From: Eledone cirrhosa
Lineage: Eukaryota
Reading direction: 5' to 3'
Length of the DNA stretch: 64,000 bases
NCBI GenBank assembly: GCA_964016885.1
Contig: OZ024748.1
Location: 35,650,001 to 35,714,000, forward strand
This document shows positions 15,001-30,000 of the stretch, in pieces (position 1 is the stretch's first letter; each line of letters starts with the position of its first letter). The translations under genes were made by a program, and so were the position numbers. The notes below the pieces were generated by a model that worked only from the letters and a program-made list of their open reading frames with translations, made no database searches and was not told where the DNA came from.

Positions 15001-18000
15001 ACAGTTGTTATTGTTGTTGTTACTGTTGTAGAGCTATTGTTACAGTTGTTGTTGTTGTTGTTACTGTTGTAGAGCTATTGTTACAGTTGTTATTGTTGTT
15101 GTTACTGTTGTAGAGCTATTTTTACAGTTGTTATTTTAGTTGTTACTGTTGTAGATCTATTGTTACAGTTGTTATTGTTGTAGTGCTATTGTTACAGTTT
15201 TTATTGTTGTTGTTACTGTTGTAATGCTATTGTTACAGTTGTTGTTGTTACTGTTGTAGAGCTATTGTTACAGTTGTTATTGTTGTTGTTACTGTTGTAG
15301 ATCTATTGTTACAGTTGTTATTGTTGTTACTGCTTTAGTGCTATTGTTACAGTTGTTATTGTTGTTGTTACTGTTGTAGTGCTATTGTTACAGTTGTTAT
15401 TGTTGTTACTGTTGTAGTGCTATTGTTACAGTTGTTATTGTTGTTACTGTTGTAGTGCTATTGTTACAGTAGTTATTGTTGTTGTTACTGTTGTAATGCT
15501 ATTGTTACAGTTGTTGTTGTTACTGTTGTAGTGCTATTGTTACAGTTGTTATTGTTGTTGTTACTGTTGCAGTGTTATTGTTACAGTTGTTGTTGTTACT
15601 GTTGTATTGCTATTGTTGCAGTTGTTATTGTTGTTGTTACTGTTGTAGAGCTAATGTTACAGTTGTTATTGTTGTTACTGTTGTAGTGCTATTGTTACAG
15701 TTGTTATTGTTGTTGTTACTGTTGCAGAGCTATTGTTACAGTTGTTGTTGTTACTGTTGTAGTGCTATTGTTACAGTTGTTATTGTTGTTGTTACTGTTG
15801 TAGTGCTATTGTTACAGTTGTTATTGTTGTTACTGTTGTAGTGCTATTGTTACAGTTGTTACTGTTGTTACTGTTGTAGTGCTATTGTTACAGTTGTTAT
15901 TGTTGTTACTGTTGTAGTGCTATTGTTACAGTTGTTACTGTTGTTACTGTTGTAGTGCTATTGTTACAGTTGTTATTGTTGTTGTTACTGTTGTAGTGCT
16001 ATTGTTACTGTTGTTGTTGTTACTGTTGTAGTGATATTGTTACAGTTGTTATTGTTGTTGTTACTGTTGTAGTTCTATTGTTACTGTTGTTGTTGTTACT
16101 GTTGTAGTGCTATTGTTAGAGTTGTTATTGTTCTTGTTATTGTTGTAGTGCTATTTTTACTGTTGTTGTTACTGTTGTAGTGCTTTTGTTACAGTAGTTA
16201 TTGTTGTTGTTACTGCTGTAGTGTTAATGTTACAGTTGTTGTTGTTACTGTTGTAGGGCTATTGTTACAGTTGTTATTGTTGTTGTTACTGTTGTAGAGC
16301 TATTGTTACAGTTGTTGTTGTTGTTGTTACTGTTGTAGAGCTATTGTTACAGTTGTTATTGTTGTTGTTACTGTTGTAGAGCTATTTTTACAGTTGTTAT
16401 TTTAGTTGTTACTGTTGTAGATCTATTGTTACAGTTGTTATTGTTGTAGTGCTATTGTTACAGTTGTTATTGTTGTTGTTACTGTTGTATTGCTATTGTT
16501 GCAGTTGTTATTGTTGTTGTTACTGTTGTAGAGCTAATGTTACAGTTATTATTGTTGTTACTGTTGTAGTGCTATTGTTACAGTTGTTATTGTTGTTGTT
16601 ACTGTTGCAGAGCTATTGTTACAGTTGTTGTTGTTACTGTTGTAGTGCTATTGTTACAGTTGTTATTGTTGTTGTTACTGTTGTAATGCTATTGTTACAG
16701 TTGTTGTTGTTACTGTTGTAGAGCTATTGTTACAGTTGTTATTGTTGTTGTTACTGTTGTAGAGCTATTGTTATAGTTGTTATTGTTGTTGTTACTGTTG
16801 TAGGGCTATTGTTACAGATGTTATTGTTTTTGTTACTGTTGTAGGGCTATTTTTACAGTTGTTATTGTTGTTGTTACTGTTGTAGTGCTATTGTTACAGT
16901 TGTTATTGTTGTTGTTACTGTTGTAGAGCTATTGTTACAGTTGTTATTGTTTTTGTTACTGTTGTAGGGCTATTGTTACAGTTGTTATTGTTTTTGTTAC
17001 TGTTGTAGTGCTATTGTTACAGTTGTTATTTTTGTTGTTACTGTTATTGTTACTGTTGTTATTGGTGTTGTTACTGTTGTAGAGCTATTGTTACAGTTGT
17101 AGTGCTATTGTTACAGTTGTTATTGTTGTTGTTACTGTTGTAGAGCTATTGTTACAGTTGTTATTATTGTTGTTACTTTTGTAGTGCTATTGTTACAGTT
17201 GTTATTGTTGTTGTTACTGTTGTAGTGCTATTGTTACAGTTGTTATTGTTGTTACTGTTGTAGTGCTATTGTTACAGATTTTATTGTTGTTACTGTGGTA
17301 GTGCTATTGTTACAGTTGTTATTGTTGTTGTTACTGTTGTAATGCTATTGTTACTGTTGTTGTTATTACTGTTGTAGTGCTATTGTTACAGTTGTTATTC
17401 TTGTTGTTACTGTTGTAGTGCTATTTTCACAGTTGTTATTGTTGTTGTTACTGTTGTAGTGCTATTGTTACAGTTGGTATTGTTGTTGTTACTGTTGTAG
17501 TTCTATTGTTACAGTTGTTGTTTTTACCGTTATAGTGCTATTGTTACAGCTGTTATTGTTGTTATTACTGTTATAGTGCTATTGTTACAGTTCTTACTGT
17601 TGTTACTGTTGTAGTGCTATTGTTACAGTTGTTATCGCTCTTGTTACTGTTGTAGTGCTATCGTTACTGTTGTTGTTGTTACTGTTGTAATGCTTTTGTT
17701 ACAGTTGTTATTGTCGTTGTTACTGTTGTAGTGCTATTGTTACAGTTGTTATTGTTATTGTTACTGTTGTAGTGCTATTGTTACAGTTCTTACTGTTGTT
17801 ACTGTTGTAGTGCTATTGTTACAGTTCTTACTGTTGTTACTGTTGTAGTGCTATTGTTACAGTTGTTATCGCTCTTGTTACTGTTGTAGTGCTATTGTTA
17901 CAGTTGTTGTTACTGTTGTAATGCTATTGTTACAGTTGTTATTATTGTTGTTACTGTTGTAGAGCTAATGTTACAGTTGTTATTGTTGTTGTTACTGTTG

Positions 18001-21000
18001 TAGAGCTATTGTTTCAGTTGTTATTGTTGTTGTTACTGTTGTATTGCTATTGTTACAGTTGTTATTGTTGTTGTTACTGTTGTAGAGCTAATGTTACAGT
18101 TGTTATTGTTGTTGTTACTGTTGTAGAGCTATTGTTTCAGTTGTTATTGTTGTTGTTACTGTTGTAGTGCTATTGTTACAGTTGTTATTGTTGTTGTTAC
18201 TGTTGTAATGCTATTGTTACAGTTGTTGTTGTTACTGTTGTAGAGCTATTGTTACAGTTGTTATTGTTGTTGTTACTGTTGTAGAGGTATTGTTACAGTT
18301 GTTATTGTTGTTGTTACTGTTGTAATGCTATTGTTACAGTTGTTGTTGTTACTGTTGTAGAGCTATTGTTAGAGTTGTTATTGTTGTTGCAATGCGATTG
18401 TTACAGTTGTTATTGTTGTTGTTACTGTTGTAATGCTATTGTTACAGTTGTTGTTATTACTGTTGTAGTGCTATTGTTACAGTTGTTATTTTTGTTGTTA
18501 CTGTTTTAGTGCTATTTTTACAGTTGTTATTGTTGTTGTTACTGTTGTAATGCTATTGTTACAGTTGTTGTTGTTACTGTTGTAGTGCTATTGTTACAGT
18601 TGTTATTGTTGTTGTTACTGTTGTAGAGCTATTGTTACAGTGGTTATTGTTGTTGTTACTGTGGTAGTGCTATCGTTACAGTTGTTATTGTTGTTGTTAC
18701 TGTTGGAGTGCTATTGTTACAGTTGTTATTGTTGTTGTTACTGTTGTAGTGCCATTTTTACAGTTGTTATTGTTGTTGTTACTGTTGTAGAGCTATTGTT
18801 ACAGTTGTTATCGTTGTTGTTACTGTTGTAGATCTATTGTTACAGTTGTTATTGTTGTTACTGCTGTAGTGCTATTGTTAGAGTTGTTATTGTTGTTGTT
18901 ACTGTTGTAGTGCTATTGTTACAGTTGTTATTGTTGTTACTATTGTAGTGCTATTGTTACAGTTGTTACTGTTGTTACTGTTGTAGTGCTATTGTTACAG
19001 TTGTTATTGTTGTTACTGTTGTAGTGCTATTGTTACAGTTGTTACTGTTGTTACTGTTGTAGTGCTATTGTTACAGTTGTTATTGTTGTTGTTACTGTTG
19101 TAGTGCTATTGTTACTGTTGTTGTTGTTACTGTTGTAGTGATATTGTTACAGTTGTTATTGTTGTTGTTACTGTTGTAGTTCTATTGTTACTGTTGTTGT
19201 TGTTACTGTTGTAGTGCTATTGTTAGAGTTGTTATTGTTCTTGTTACTGTTGTAGTGCTATTTTTACTGTTGTTGTTGTTACTGTTGCAGTGCTTTTGTT
19301 ACAGTTGTTATTGTTGTTGTTACTGTTGTAGTGCTAATGTTACAGTTGTTGTTGTTACTGTTGTAGTGCTATCGTTGCAGTTGTTATTGTTGTTGTTACT
19401 GTTGTAATGCTATTGTTACAGTTGTTATTGTTGTTACTGTTGTAGTGCTATTGTTACAGTAGTTATTGTTGTTGTTACTGTTGTAATGCTATTGTTACAG
19501 TTGTTGTTGTTACTGTTGGATTGCTATTGTTGCAGTTGTTATTGTTGTTGTTACTGTTGTAGAGCTAATGTTACAGTTGTTATTGTTGTTACTGTTGCAG
19601 AGCTATTGTTACAGTTGTTGTTGTTACTGTTGTAGTGCTATTGTTACAGTTGTTATTGTTGTTGTTACTGTTGTAATGCTATTGTTACAGTTGTTGTTGT
19701 TACTGTTGTAGAGCTATTGTTACAGTTGTTATTGTTGTTGTTACTGTTGTAGAGCTATTGTTACAGTTGTTATTGTTGTTGTTACTGTTGTAGGGCTATT
19801 GTTACAGTTGTTATTGTTTTTGTTACTGTTGTAGGGCTATTTTTACAGTTGTTATTGTTGTTGTTACAGTTGTAGTGCTATTGTTACAGTTGTTATTGTT
19901 GTTGTTACTGTTGTTGTTACTGTTGTAGAGCTATTGTTACAATTGTTATTGTTTTTGTTACTGTTGTAGGGCTATTGTTACAGTTGTTATTGTTTTTGTT
20001 ACTGTTGTAGTGCTATTGTTACAGTTGTTATTTTTGTTGTTACTGTTATTGTTACTGTTGTTATTGGTGTTGTTACTGTTGTAGAGCTATTGTTACAGTT
20101 GTTATTGTTGTTGTTACTGTTGTAGTGCTATTGTTACAGTTGTTATTGTTGTTGTTACTGTTGTAGAGCTATTGTTACAGTTGTTATTATTGTTGTTACT
20201 TTTGTAGTGCTATTGTTACAGTTGTTATTGTTGTTGTTACTGTTGTAGTGCTATTGTTACAGTTGTTATTGTTGTTACTGTTGTAGTGCTATTGTTACAG
20301 ATTTTATTGTTGTTACTGTTGTAGTGCTATTGTTACAGTTGTTATTGTTGTTGTTACTGTTGTAGTGCTATTGTTACTGTTGTTGTTATTACTGTTGTAG
20401 TGCTATTGTTACAGTTGGTATTGTTGTTGTTACTGTTGTAGTTCTATTGTTACAGTTGTTGTTGTTACTGTTGTAGTGCTATTGTTACAGCTGTTATTGT
20501 TGTTATTACTGTTGTAGTGCTATTGTTACAGTTGGTATTGCTACTGTTGTAGTGCTATTGTTACAGTTGTTTTTTTGTTACTGTTGCAGAGCTATTGTTA
20601 CAGTTGTTATTGTTTTTGTCACTGTTGTAGTGCTATTGTTACAGTTGTCATTGTTGTTGTTACTGTTGTAGTGCTATTGTTACAGTTGTTATTGTTGTTG
20701 TTACTGTTGTAGTGCTATTGTTACAGTTGTTATTGTTGTTGTTACTGTTGTAGTGCTATTGTTACAGTTGTTATTGTTGTTGTTACTGCTGTAGTGCTAT
20801 TGTTAAGAGTTGTTATTGTTGTTGTTACTGTTGTAGTGCTATTGTTACAGTTGTTATTGTTGTTGTTACTGTTGTAGTGCTATTGTTACAGTTGTTATTG
20901 TTGTTGTTACTGCTGTAGTGCTATTGTTACAGTTGTTATTGTTTTTGTTACTGTTGTAGTGCTATTGTTACAGTTGTTATTGTTTTTGTTACTGTTGTAG

Positions 21001-24000
21001 TGCTATTGTTACAGTTGTTATTGTTGTTGTTACTGTTGTAGTGCTATTGTTACAGTTGTTATTGTTGTTGTTACTGTTGTAGTGCTATTGTTACAGTTGT
21101 TATTGTTGTTACTGTTGTAGTGCTATTGTTACTGTTGTTATTGTTGTTGTTACTGTTGTAGTGCTATTGTTACAGTTGTTATTGTTGTTACTGTTGAAGT
21201 GCTATTGTTACAGTTGTTATTGTTGTTGTTACTGTTGTAGTGCTATTGTTACAGTTGTTATTGTTGTTGTTACTGCTGTAGTGCTATTGTTACAGTTGTT
21301 ATTGTTGTTGTTACTGTTGTAGTGCTATTATTACAGTTGTTATTGTTGTTGTTACTGTTGTAGTGCTATTGTTACAGTTGTTATTGTTGTTACTGTTGTA
21401 GTGCTATTGTTACAGTTGTTATTGTTGTTGTTACTGTTGTAGTGCTATTGTTACAGTTGTTATTGTTGTTACTGTTGTAGTGCTATTGTTACAGTTGTTA
21501 TTATTGTTGTTACTGTTGTAGTGCTATTGTTACAGTTGTTATTGTTGTTGTTACTGCTGTAGTGCTATTGTTACAGTTGTTATTGTTGTTGTTACTGTTG
21601 CAGTGCTATTGTTACAGTTGTTATTGTTGTTGTTACTGTTGTAGTGCTATTGTTACAGTTGTTATTGTTGTTGTTACTGCTGTAGTGCTATTGTTACAGT
21701 TGTTATTGTTGTTGTTACTGTTGTAGAGCTATTGTTTCAGTTGTTATTGTTGTTGTTACTGTTGTAGTGCTATTGTTACAGTTGTTATTGTTGTTGTTAC
21801 TGTTGTAATGCTATTGTTACAGTTGTTGTTGTTACTGTTGTAGAGCTATTGTTACAGTTGTTATTGTTGTTGTTACTGTTGTAGAGCTATTGTTACAGTT
21901 GTTATTGTTGTTGTTACTGTTGTAATGCTATTGTTACAGTTGTTGTTGTTACTGTTGTAGAGCTATTGTTACAGTTGTTATTGTTGTTGCAATGCGATTG
22001 TTACAGTTGTTATTGTTGTTGTTACTGTTGTAATGCTATTGTTACAGTTGTTGTTATTACTGTTGTAGTGCTATTGTTACAGTTGTTATTTTTGTTGTTA
22101 CTGTTTTAGTGCTATTTTTACAGTTGTTATTGTTGTTGTTACTGTTGTAATGCTATTGTTACAGTTGTTGTTGTTACTGTTGTAGTGCTATTGTTACAGT
22201 TGTTATTGTTGTTGTTACTGTTGTAGAGCTATTGTTACAGTGGTTATTGTTGTTGTTACTGTGGTAGTGCTATCGTTACAGTTGTTATTGTTGTTGTTAC
22301 TGTTGTAGTGCTATTGTTACAGTTGTTATTGTTGATGTCACTGTTGTAGAGCTATTGTTACAGTTGTTATTGTTGTTGTTACTGTTGTAGTGCTATTGTT
22401 ACAGTTGTTATTGTTGTTGTTACTGTTGTAGTGCCATTTTTACAGTTGTTATTGTTGTTGTTACTGTTGTAGAGCTATTGTTACAGTTGTTATTGTTGTT
22501 GTTACTGTTGTAGATCTATTGTTACAGTTGTTATTGTTGTTACTGCTGTAGTGCTATTGTTAGAGTTGTTATTGTTGTTGTTACTGTTGTAGTGCTATTG
22601 TTACAGTTGTTATTGTTGTTACTATTGTAGTGCTATTGTTACAGTTGTTACTGTTGTTACTGTTGTAGTGCTATTGTTACAGTTGTTATTGTTGTTACTG
22701 TTGTAGTGCTATTGTTACAGTTGTTACTGTTGTTACTGTTGTAGTGCTATTGTTACAGTTGTTATTGTTGTTGTTACTGTTGTAGTGCTATTGTTACTGT
22801 TGTTGTTGTTACTGTTGTAGTGCTATTGTTAGAGTTGTTATTGTTCTTGTTACTGTTGTAGTGCTATTTTTACTGTTGTTGTTGTTACAGTTGTAGTGCT
22901 TTTGTTACAGTTGTTATTGTTGTTGTTACTGTTGTAGTGCTAATGTTACAGTTGTTGTTGTTACTGTTGTAGTGCTATTGTTGCAGTTGTTATTGTTGTT
23001 GTTACTGTTGTAATGCTATTGTTACAGTTGTTATTGTTGTTACTGTTGTAGTGCTATTGTTACAGTAGTTATTGTTGTTGTTACTGTTGTAATGCTATTG
23101 TTACAGTTGTTGTTGTTACTGTTGTAGTGCTATTGTTACAGTTGTTATTGTTGTTGTTACTGTTGCAGTGTTATTGTTACAGTTGATGTTGTTACTGTTG
23201 TAATGCTATTGTTACAGTTGTTGTTGTTACTGTTGTATTGCTATTGTTGCAGTTGTTATTGTTGTTGTTACTGTTGTAGAGCTAATGTTACAGTTGTTAT
23301 TGTTGTTACTGTTGCAGAGCTATTGTTACAGTTGTTGTTGTTACTGTTGTAGTGCTATTGTTACAGTTGTTATTGTTGTTGTTACTGTTGTAATGCTATT
23401 GTTACAGTTGTTGTTGTTACTGTTGTAGAGCTATTGTTACAGTTGTTATTGTTGTTGTTACTGTTGTAGAGCTATTGTTACAGTTGTTATTGTTGTTGTT
23501 ACTGTTGTAGGGCTATTGTTACAGTTGTTATTCTTTTTGTTACTGTTGTAGGGCTATTTTTACAGTTGTTATTGTTGTTGTTACTGTTGTAGTGCTATTG
23601 TTACAGTTGTTATTGTTGTTGTTACTGTTGTAGAGCTATTGTTACAGTTGTTATTGTTTTTGTTACTGTTGTAGGGCTATTGTTACAGTTGTTATTGTTT
23701 TTGTTACTGTTGTAGTGCTATTGTTACAGTTGTTATTTTTGTTGTTACTGTTATTGTTACTGTTGTTATTGGTGTTGTTACTGTTGTAGAGCTATTGTTA
23801 CAGTTGTTATTGTTGTTGTTACTGTTGTAGTGCTATTGTTACAGTTGTTATTGTTGTTGTTACTGTTGTAGAGCTATTGTTACAGTTGTTATTATTGTTG
23901 TTACTTTTGTAGTGTTATTGTTACAGTTGTTATTGTTGTTGTTACTGTTGTAGTGCTATTGTTACAGTTGTTATTGTTGTTACTGTTGTAGTGCTATTGT

Positions 24001-27000
24001 TACAGATTTTATTGTTGTTACTGTTGTAGTGCTATTGTTACAGTTGTTATTGTTGTTGTTACTGTTGTAGTGCTATTGTTACTGTTGTTGTTATTACTGT
24101 TGTAGTGCTATTGTTACAGTTGTTATTTTTCTTGTTACTGTTGTAGTGCTATTGTTACAGTTGGTATTGTTGTTGTTACTGTTGTAGTTCTATTGTTACA
24201 GTTGTTGTTGTTACTGTTGTAGTGCTATTGTTACAGCTGTTATTGTTGTTATTACTGTTGTAGTGCTATTGTTACAGTTGTTATTACTACTGTTGTAGTG
24301 CTATTGTTACAGTTGTTATTACTACTGTTGTAGTGCTATTGTTACAGTTGTTTTTTTGTTACTGTTGCAGAGCTATTGTTACAGTTGTTATTGTTTTTGT
24401 CACTGTTGTAGTGCTATTGTTACAGTTGTCATTGTTGTTGTTACTGTTGTAGTGCTATTGTTACAGTTGTTATTGTTGTTGTTACTGTTGTAGTGCTATT
24501 GTTACAGTTGTTATTGTTGTTGTTACTGTTGTAGTGCTATTGTTACAGTTGTTATTGTTGTTGTTACTGCTGTAGTGCTATTGTTACAGTTGTTATTGTT
24601 GTTGTTACTGTTGTAGTGCTATTGTTACAGTTGTTATTGTTGTTGTTACTGTTGTAGTGCTATTGTTACAGTTGTTATTGTTGTTGTTACTGCTGTAGTG
24701 CTATTGTTACAGTTGTTATTGTTTTTGTTACTGTTGTAGTGCTATTGTTACAGTTGTTATTGTTTTTGTTACTGTTGTAGTGCTATTGTTACAGTTGTTA
24801 TTGTTGTTGTTACTGTTGTAGTGCTATTGTTACAGTTGTTATTGTTGTTGATACTGTTGTAGTGCTATTGTTACAGTTGTTATTGTTGTTACTGTTGTAG
24901 TGCTATTGTTACTGTTGTTATTGTTGTTGTTACTGTTGTAGTGCTATTGTTACAGTTGTTATTGTTGTTACTGTTGTAGTGCTATTGTTACAGTTGTTAT
25001 TGTTGTTGTTACTGTTGTAGTGCTATTGTTACAGTTGTTATTGTTGTTGTTACTGCTGTAGTGCTATTGTTACAGTTGTTATTGTTGTTGTTACTGTTGT
25101 AGTGCTATTATTACAGTTGTTATTGTTGTTGTTACTGTTGTAGTGCTATTGTTACAGTTGTTATTGTTGTTACTGTTGTAGTGCTATTGTTACAGTTGTT
25201 ATTGTTGTTGTTACTGTTGTAGTGCTATTGTTACAGTTGTTATTGTTGTTACTGTTGTAGTGCTATTGTTACAGTTGTTATTGTTGTTGTTACTGTTGTA
25301 GTGCTATTGTTACAGTTGTTATTGTTGTTGTTACTGCTGTAGTGCTATTGTTACAGTTGTTATTGTTGTTGTTACTGTTGTAGTGCTATTGTTACAGTTG
25401 TTATTGTTGTTGATACTGTTGTAGTGCTATTGTTACAGTTGTTATTGTTGTTACTGTTGTAGTGCTATTGTTACTGTTGTTATTGTTGTTGTTACTGTTG
25501 TAGTGCTATTGTTACAGTTGTTATTGTTGTTACTGTTGTAGTGCTATTGTTACAGTTGTTATTGTTGTTGTTACTGTTGTAGTGCTATTGTTACAGTTGT
25601 TATTGTTGTTGTTACTGCTGTAGTGCTATTGTTACAGTTGTTATTGTTGTTGTTACTGTTGTAGTGCTATTATTACAGTTGTTATTGTTGTTGTTACTGT
25701 TGTAGTGCTATTGTTACAGTTGTTATTGTTGTTACTGTTGTAGTGCTATTGTTACAGTTGTTATTGTTGTTGTTACTGTTGTAGTGCTATTGTTACAGTT
25801 GTTATTGTTGTTACTGTTGTAGTGCTATTGTTACAGTTGTTATTGTTGTTGTTACTGTTGTAGTGCTATTGTTACAGTTGTTATTGTTGTTGTTACTGCT
25901 GTAGTGCTATTGTTACAGTTGTTATTGTTGTTGTTACTGTTGTAGTGCTATTGTTACAGTTGTTATTGTTGTTGTTACTGTTGTAGTGCTATTGTTACAG
26001 TTGTTATTGTTGTTGTTACTGCTGTAGTGCTATTGTTACAGTTGTTATTGTTGTTGTTACTGTTGTAGTACTATTGTTACAGTTGTTATTGTTTTTGTTA
26101 CTGTTGTAGTGCTATTGTTACAGTTGTTATTGTTGTTGTTACTGTTGTAGTGCTATTGTTACAGTTGTTATTGTTGTTGTTACTGTTGTAGTGCTATTGT
26201 TACAGTTGTTATTGTTGTTACTGTTGTAGTGCTATTGTTACTGTTGTTATTGTTGTTGTTACTGTTGTAGTGCTATTGTTACAGTTGTTATTGTTGTTAC
26301 TGTTGTAGTGCTATTGTTACAGTTCTTACTGTTGTTACTGTTGTAGTGCTATTGTTACAGTTCTTACTGTTGTTACTGTTGTAGTGCTATTGTTATAGTT
26401 GTTATCGCTCTTGTTACTGTTGTAGTGCTATTGTTACAGTTGTTGTTACTGTTGTAATGCTATTGTTACAGTTGTTATTGTTGTTGTTACTGTTGTATTG
26501 CTATTGTTACAGTTGTTATTGTTGTCGTTACTGTTGTAGAGCTAATGTTACAGTTGTTATTGTTGTTGTTACTGTTGTAGAGCTATTGTTTCAGTTGTTA
26601 CTGTTGTTGTTACTGTTGTAGTGCTATTGTTACAGTTGTTATTGTTGTTGTTACTGTTGTAGTGCTATTGTTACTGTTGTTGTTATTACTGTTGTAGTGC
26701 TATTGTTACAGTTGTTATTCTTCTTGTTACTGTTGTAGTGCTATTGTTACAGCTGTTATTGTTGTTATTACTGTTGTAGTGCTATTGTTACAGTTGTTAT
26801 TGCTACTGTTGTAGTCCTATTGTTACAGTTGTTTTTTTGTTACTGTTGCAGAGCTATTGTTACAGTTGTTATTGTTTTTGTCACTGTTGTAGTGCTATTG
26901 TTACAGTTGTCATTGTTGTTGTTACTGTTGTAGTGCTATTGTTACAGTTGTTATTGTTGTTGTTACTGTTGTAGTGCTATTGTTACAGTTGTTATTGTTG

Positions 27001-30000
27001 TTGTTACTGTTGTAGTGCTATTGTTACAGTTGTTATTGTTGTTGTTACTGCTGTAGTGCTATTGTTACAGTTGTTATTGTTGTTGTTACTGTTGTAGTGC
27101 TATTGTTACAGTTGTTATTGTTGTTGTTACTGTTGTAGTGCTATTGTTACAGTTGTTATTGTTGTTGTTACTGCTGTAGTGCTATTGTTACAGTTGTTAT
27201 TGTTGTTGTTACTGTTGTAGTGCTATTGTTACAGTTGTTATTGTTTTTGTTACTGTTGTAGTGCTATTGTTACAGTTGTTATTGTTGTTGTTACTGTTGT
27301 AGTGCTATTGTTACAGTTGTTATTGTTGTTGTTACTGTTGTAGTGCTATTGTTACAGTTGTTATTGTTGTTACTGTTGTAGTGCTATTGTTACTGTTGTT
27401 ATTGTTGTTGTTACTGTTGTAGAGCTATTGTTACAGTTGTTATTATTGTTGTTACTTTTGTAGTGCTATTGTTACAGTTGTTATTGTTGTTGTTACTGTT
27501 GTAGTGCTATTGTTACAGTTGTTATTGTTGTTACTGTTGTAGTGCTATTGTTACAGATTTTATTGTTGTTACTGTTGTAGTGCTATTGTTACAGTTGTTA
27601 TTGTTGTTGTTACTGTTGTAGTGCTATTGTTACTGTTGTTGTTATTACTGTTGTAGTGCTATTGTTACAGTTGTTATTCTTCTTGTTACTGTTGTAGTGC
27701 TATTGTTACAGTTGGTATTGTTGTTGTTACTGTTGTAGTTCTATTGTTACAGTTGTTGTTGTTACTGTTGTAGTGCTATTGTTACAGTTGTTGTTTTTAC
27801 CGTTGTAGTGCTATTGTTACAGCTGTTATTGTTATTACTGTTGTAGTGCTATTGTTACAGTTGTTATTGCTACTGTTGTAGTGCTATTGTTACAGTTGTT
27901 TTTTTGTTACTGTTGCAGAGCTATTGTTACAGTTGTTATTGTTTTTGTCACTGTTGTAGTGCTATTGTTACAGTTGTCATTGTTGTTGTTACTGTTGTAG
28001 TGCTATTATTACAGTTGTTATTGTTGTTGTTACTGTTGTAGTGCTATTGTTACAGTTGTTATTGTTGTTACTGTTGTAGTGCTATTGTTACAGTTGTTAT
28101 TGTTGTTGTTACTGTTGTAGTGCTATTGTTACAGTTGTTATTGTTGTTGTTACTGTTGTAGTGCTATTGTTACAGTTGTTATTGTTGTTGTTACTGTTGT
28201 AGTGCTATTGTTACAGTTGTTATTGTTGTTACTGTTGTAGTGCTATTGTTACAGTTGTTATTGTTGTTGTTACTGTTGTAGTGCTATTGTTACAGTTGTT
28301 ATTGTTGTTGTTACTGCTGTAGTGCTATTGTTACAGTTGTTATTGTTGTTGTTACTGTTGTAGTGCTATTGTTACAGTTGTTATTGTTGTTGTTACTGTT
28401 GTAGTGCTATTGTTACAGTTGTTATTGTTGTTGTTACTGCTGTAGTGCTATTGTTACAGTTGTTATTGTTGTTGTTACTGTTGTAGTGCTATTGTTACAG
28501 TTGTTATTGTTTTTGTTACTGTTGTAGTGCTATTGTTACAGTTGTTATTGTTGTTGTTACTGTTGTAGTGCTATTGTTACAGTTGTTATTGTTGTTGTTA
28601 CTGTTGTAGTGCTATTGTTACAGTTGTTATTGTTGTTACTGTTGTAGTGCTATTGTTACTGTTGTTATTGTTGTTGTTACTGTTGTAGAGCTATTGTTAC
28701 AGTTGTTATTGTTGTTACTGTTGTAGTGCTATTGTTACAGTTCTTACTGTTGTTACTGTTGTAGTGCTATTGTTACAGTTCTTACTGTTGTTACTGTTGT
28801 AGTGCTATTGTTATAGTTGTTATCGCTCTTGTTACTGTTGTAGTGCTATTGTTACAGTTGTTGTTACTGTTGTAATGCTACTGTTACAGTTGTTATTGTT
28901 GTTGTTACTGTTGTAGAGCTAATGTTACAGTTGTTATTGTTGTTGTTACTGTTGTAGAGCTATTGTTTCAGTTGTTATTGTTGTTGTTACTGTTGTATTG
29001 CTATTGTTACAGTTGTTATTGTTGTCGTTACTGTTGTAGAGCTAATGTTACAGTTGTTATTGTTGTTGTTACTGTTGTAGAGCTATTGTTTCAGTTGTTA
29101 TTGTTGTTGTTACTGTTGTAGTGCTATTGTTACAGTTGTTATTGTTGTTGTTACTGTTGTAATGCTATTGTTACAGTTGTTGTTGTTACTGTTGTAGAGC
29201 TATTGTTTCAGTTATTATTGTTGTTGTTACTGTTGTAGAGCTATTGTTACAGTTGTTATTGTTGTTGTTACTGTTGTAATGCTATTGTTACAGTTGTTGT
29301 TGTTACTGTTGTAGAGCTATTGTTACAGTTGTTATTGTTGTTGCAATGCGATTGTTACAGTTGTTATTGTTGTTGTTACTGTTGTAATGCTATTGTTACA
29401 GTTGTTGTTATCACTGTTGTAGTGCTATTGTTACAGTTGTTATTGTTTTTGTTACTGTTGTAGTGCTATTGTTACAGTTGTTATTGTTGTTGTTACTGTT
29501 GTAATGCTATTGTTACAGTTGTTGTTATTACTGTTGTAGTGCTATTGTTACAGTTGTTATTGTTGTTGTTACTGTTGTAGTGATATTGTTACAGTTGTCA
29601 TTGTTGTTGTTACTGTTGTAGTGCTATTGTTAGAGTTGTTATTGTTGTTGTTACTGTTGTAGTGCTATTGTTACAGTTGTTATTGTTGTTGTTACTGTTG
29701 TAATGCTATTGTTACAGTTGTTGTTATTACTGTTGTAGTGCTATTGTTACAGTTGTTATTGTTGTTGTTACTGTTGTAGAGCTATTGTTACAGTTGTTAT
29801 TGTTGTTGTTACTGTTGTAATACTATTGTTACAGTTGTTGTTATTACTGTTGTAGTGCTATTGTTACAGTTGTTATTGTTGTTGTTACTGTTGTAGTGCT
29901 ATTGTTACAGTTGTTATTGTTGTTGTTACTGTTATAGTGCTGTTTTTACAGCTGTTATTGTTGTTGTTACTGTTGTAGATCTATTGTTACAGTTGTTATT

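Noticed and set aside
823-18831. Repeated Leu/Cys/Val-rich ORFs in the satellite
   Set aside because: They are translations of the 41/38/35-bp repeat, whose unit is not a multiple of 3. They start at GTG and stops recur every few units.
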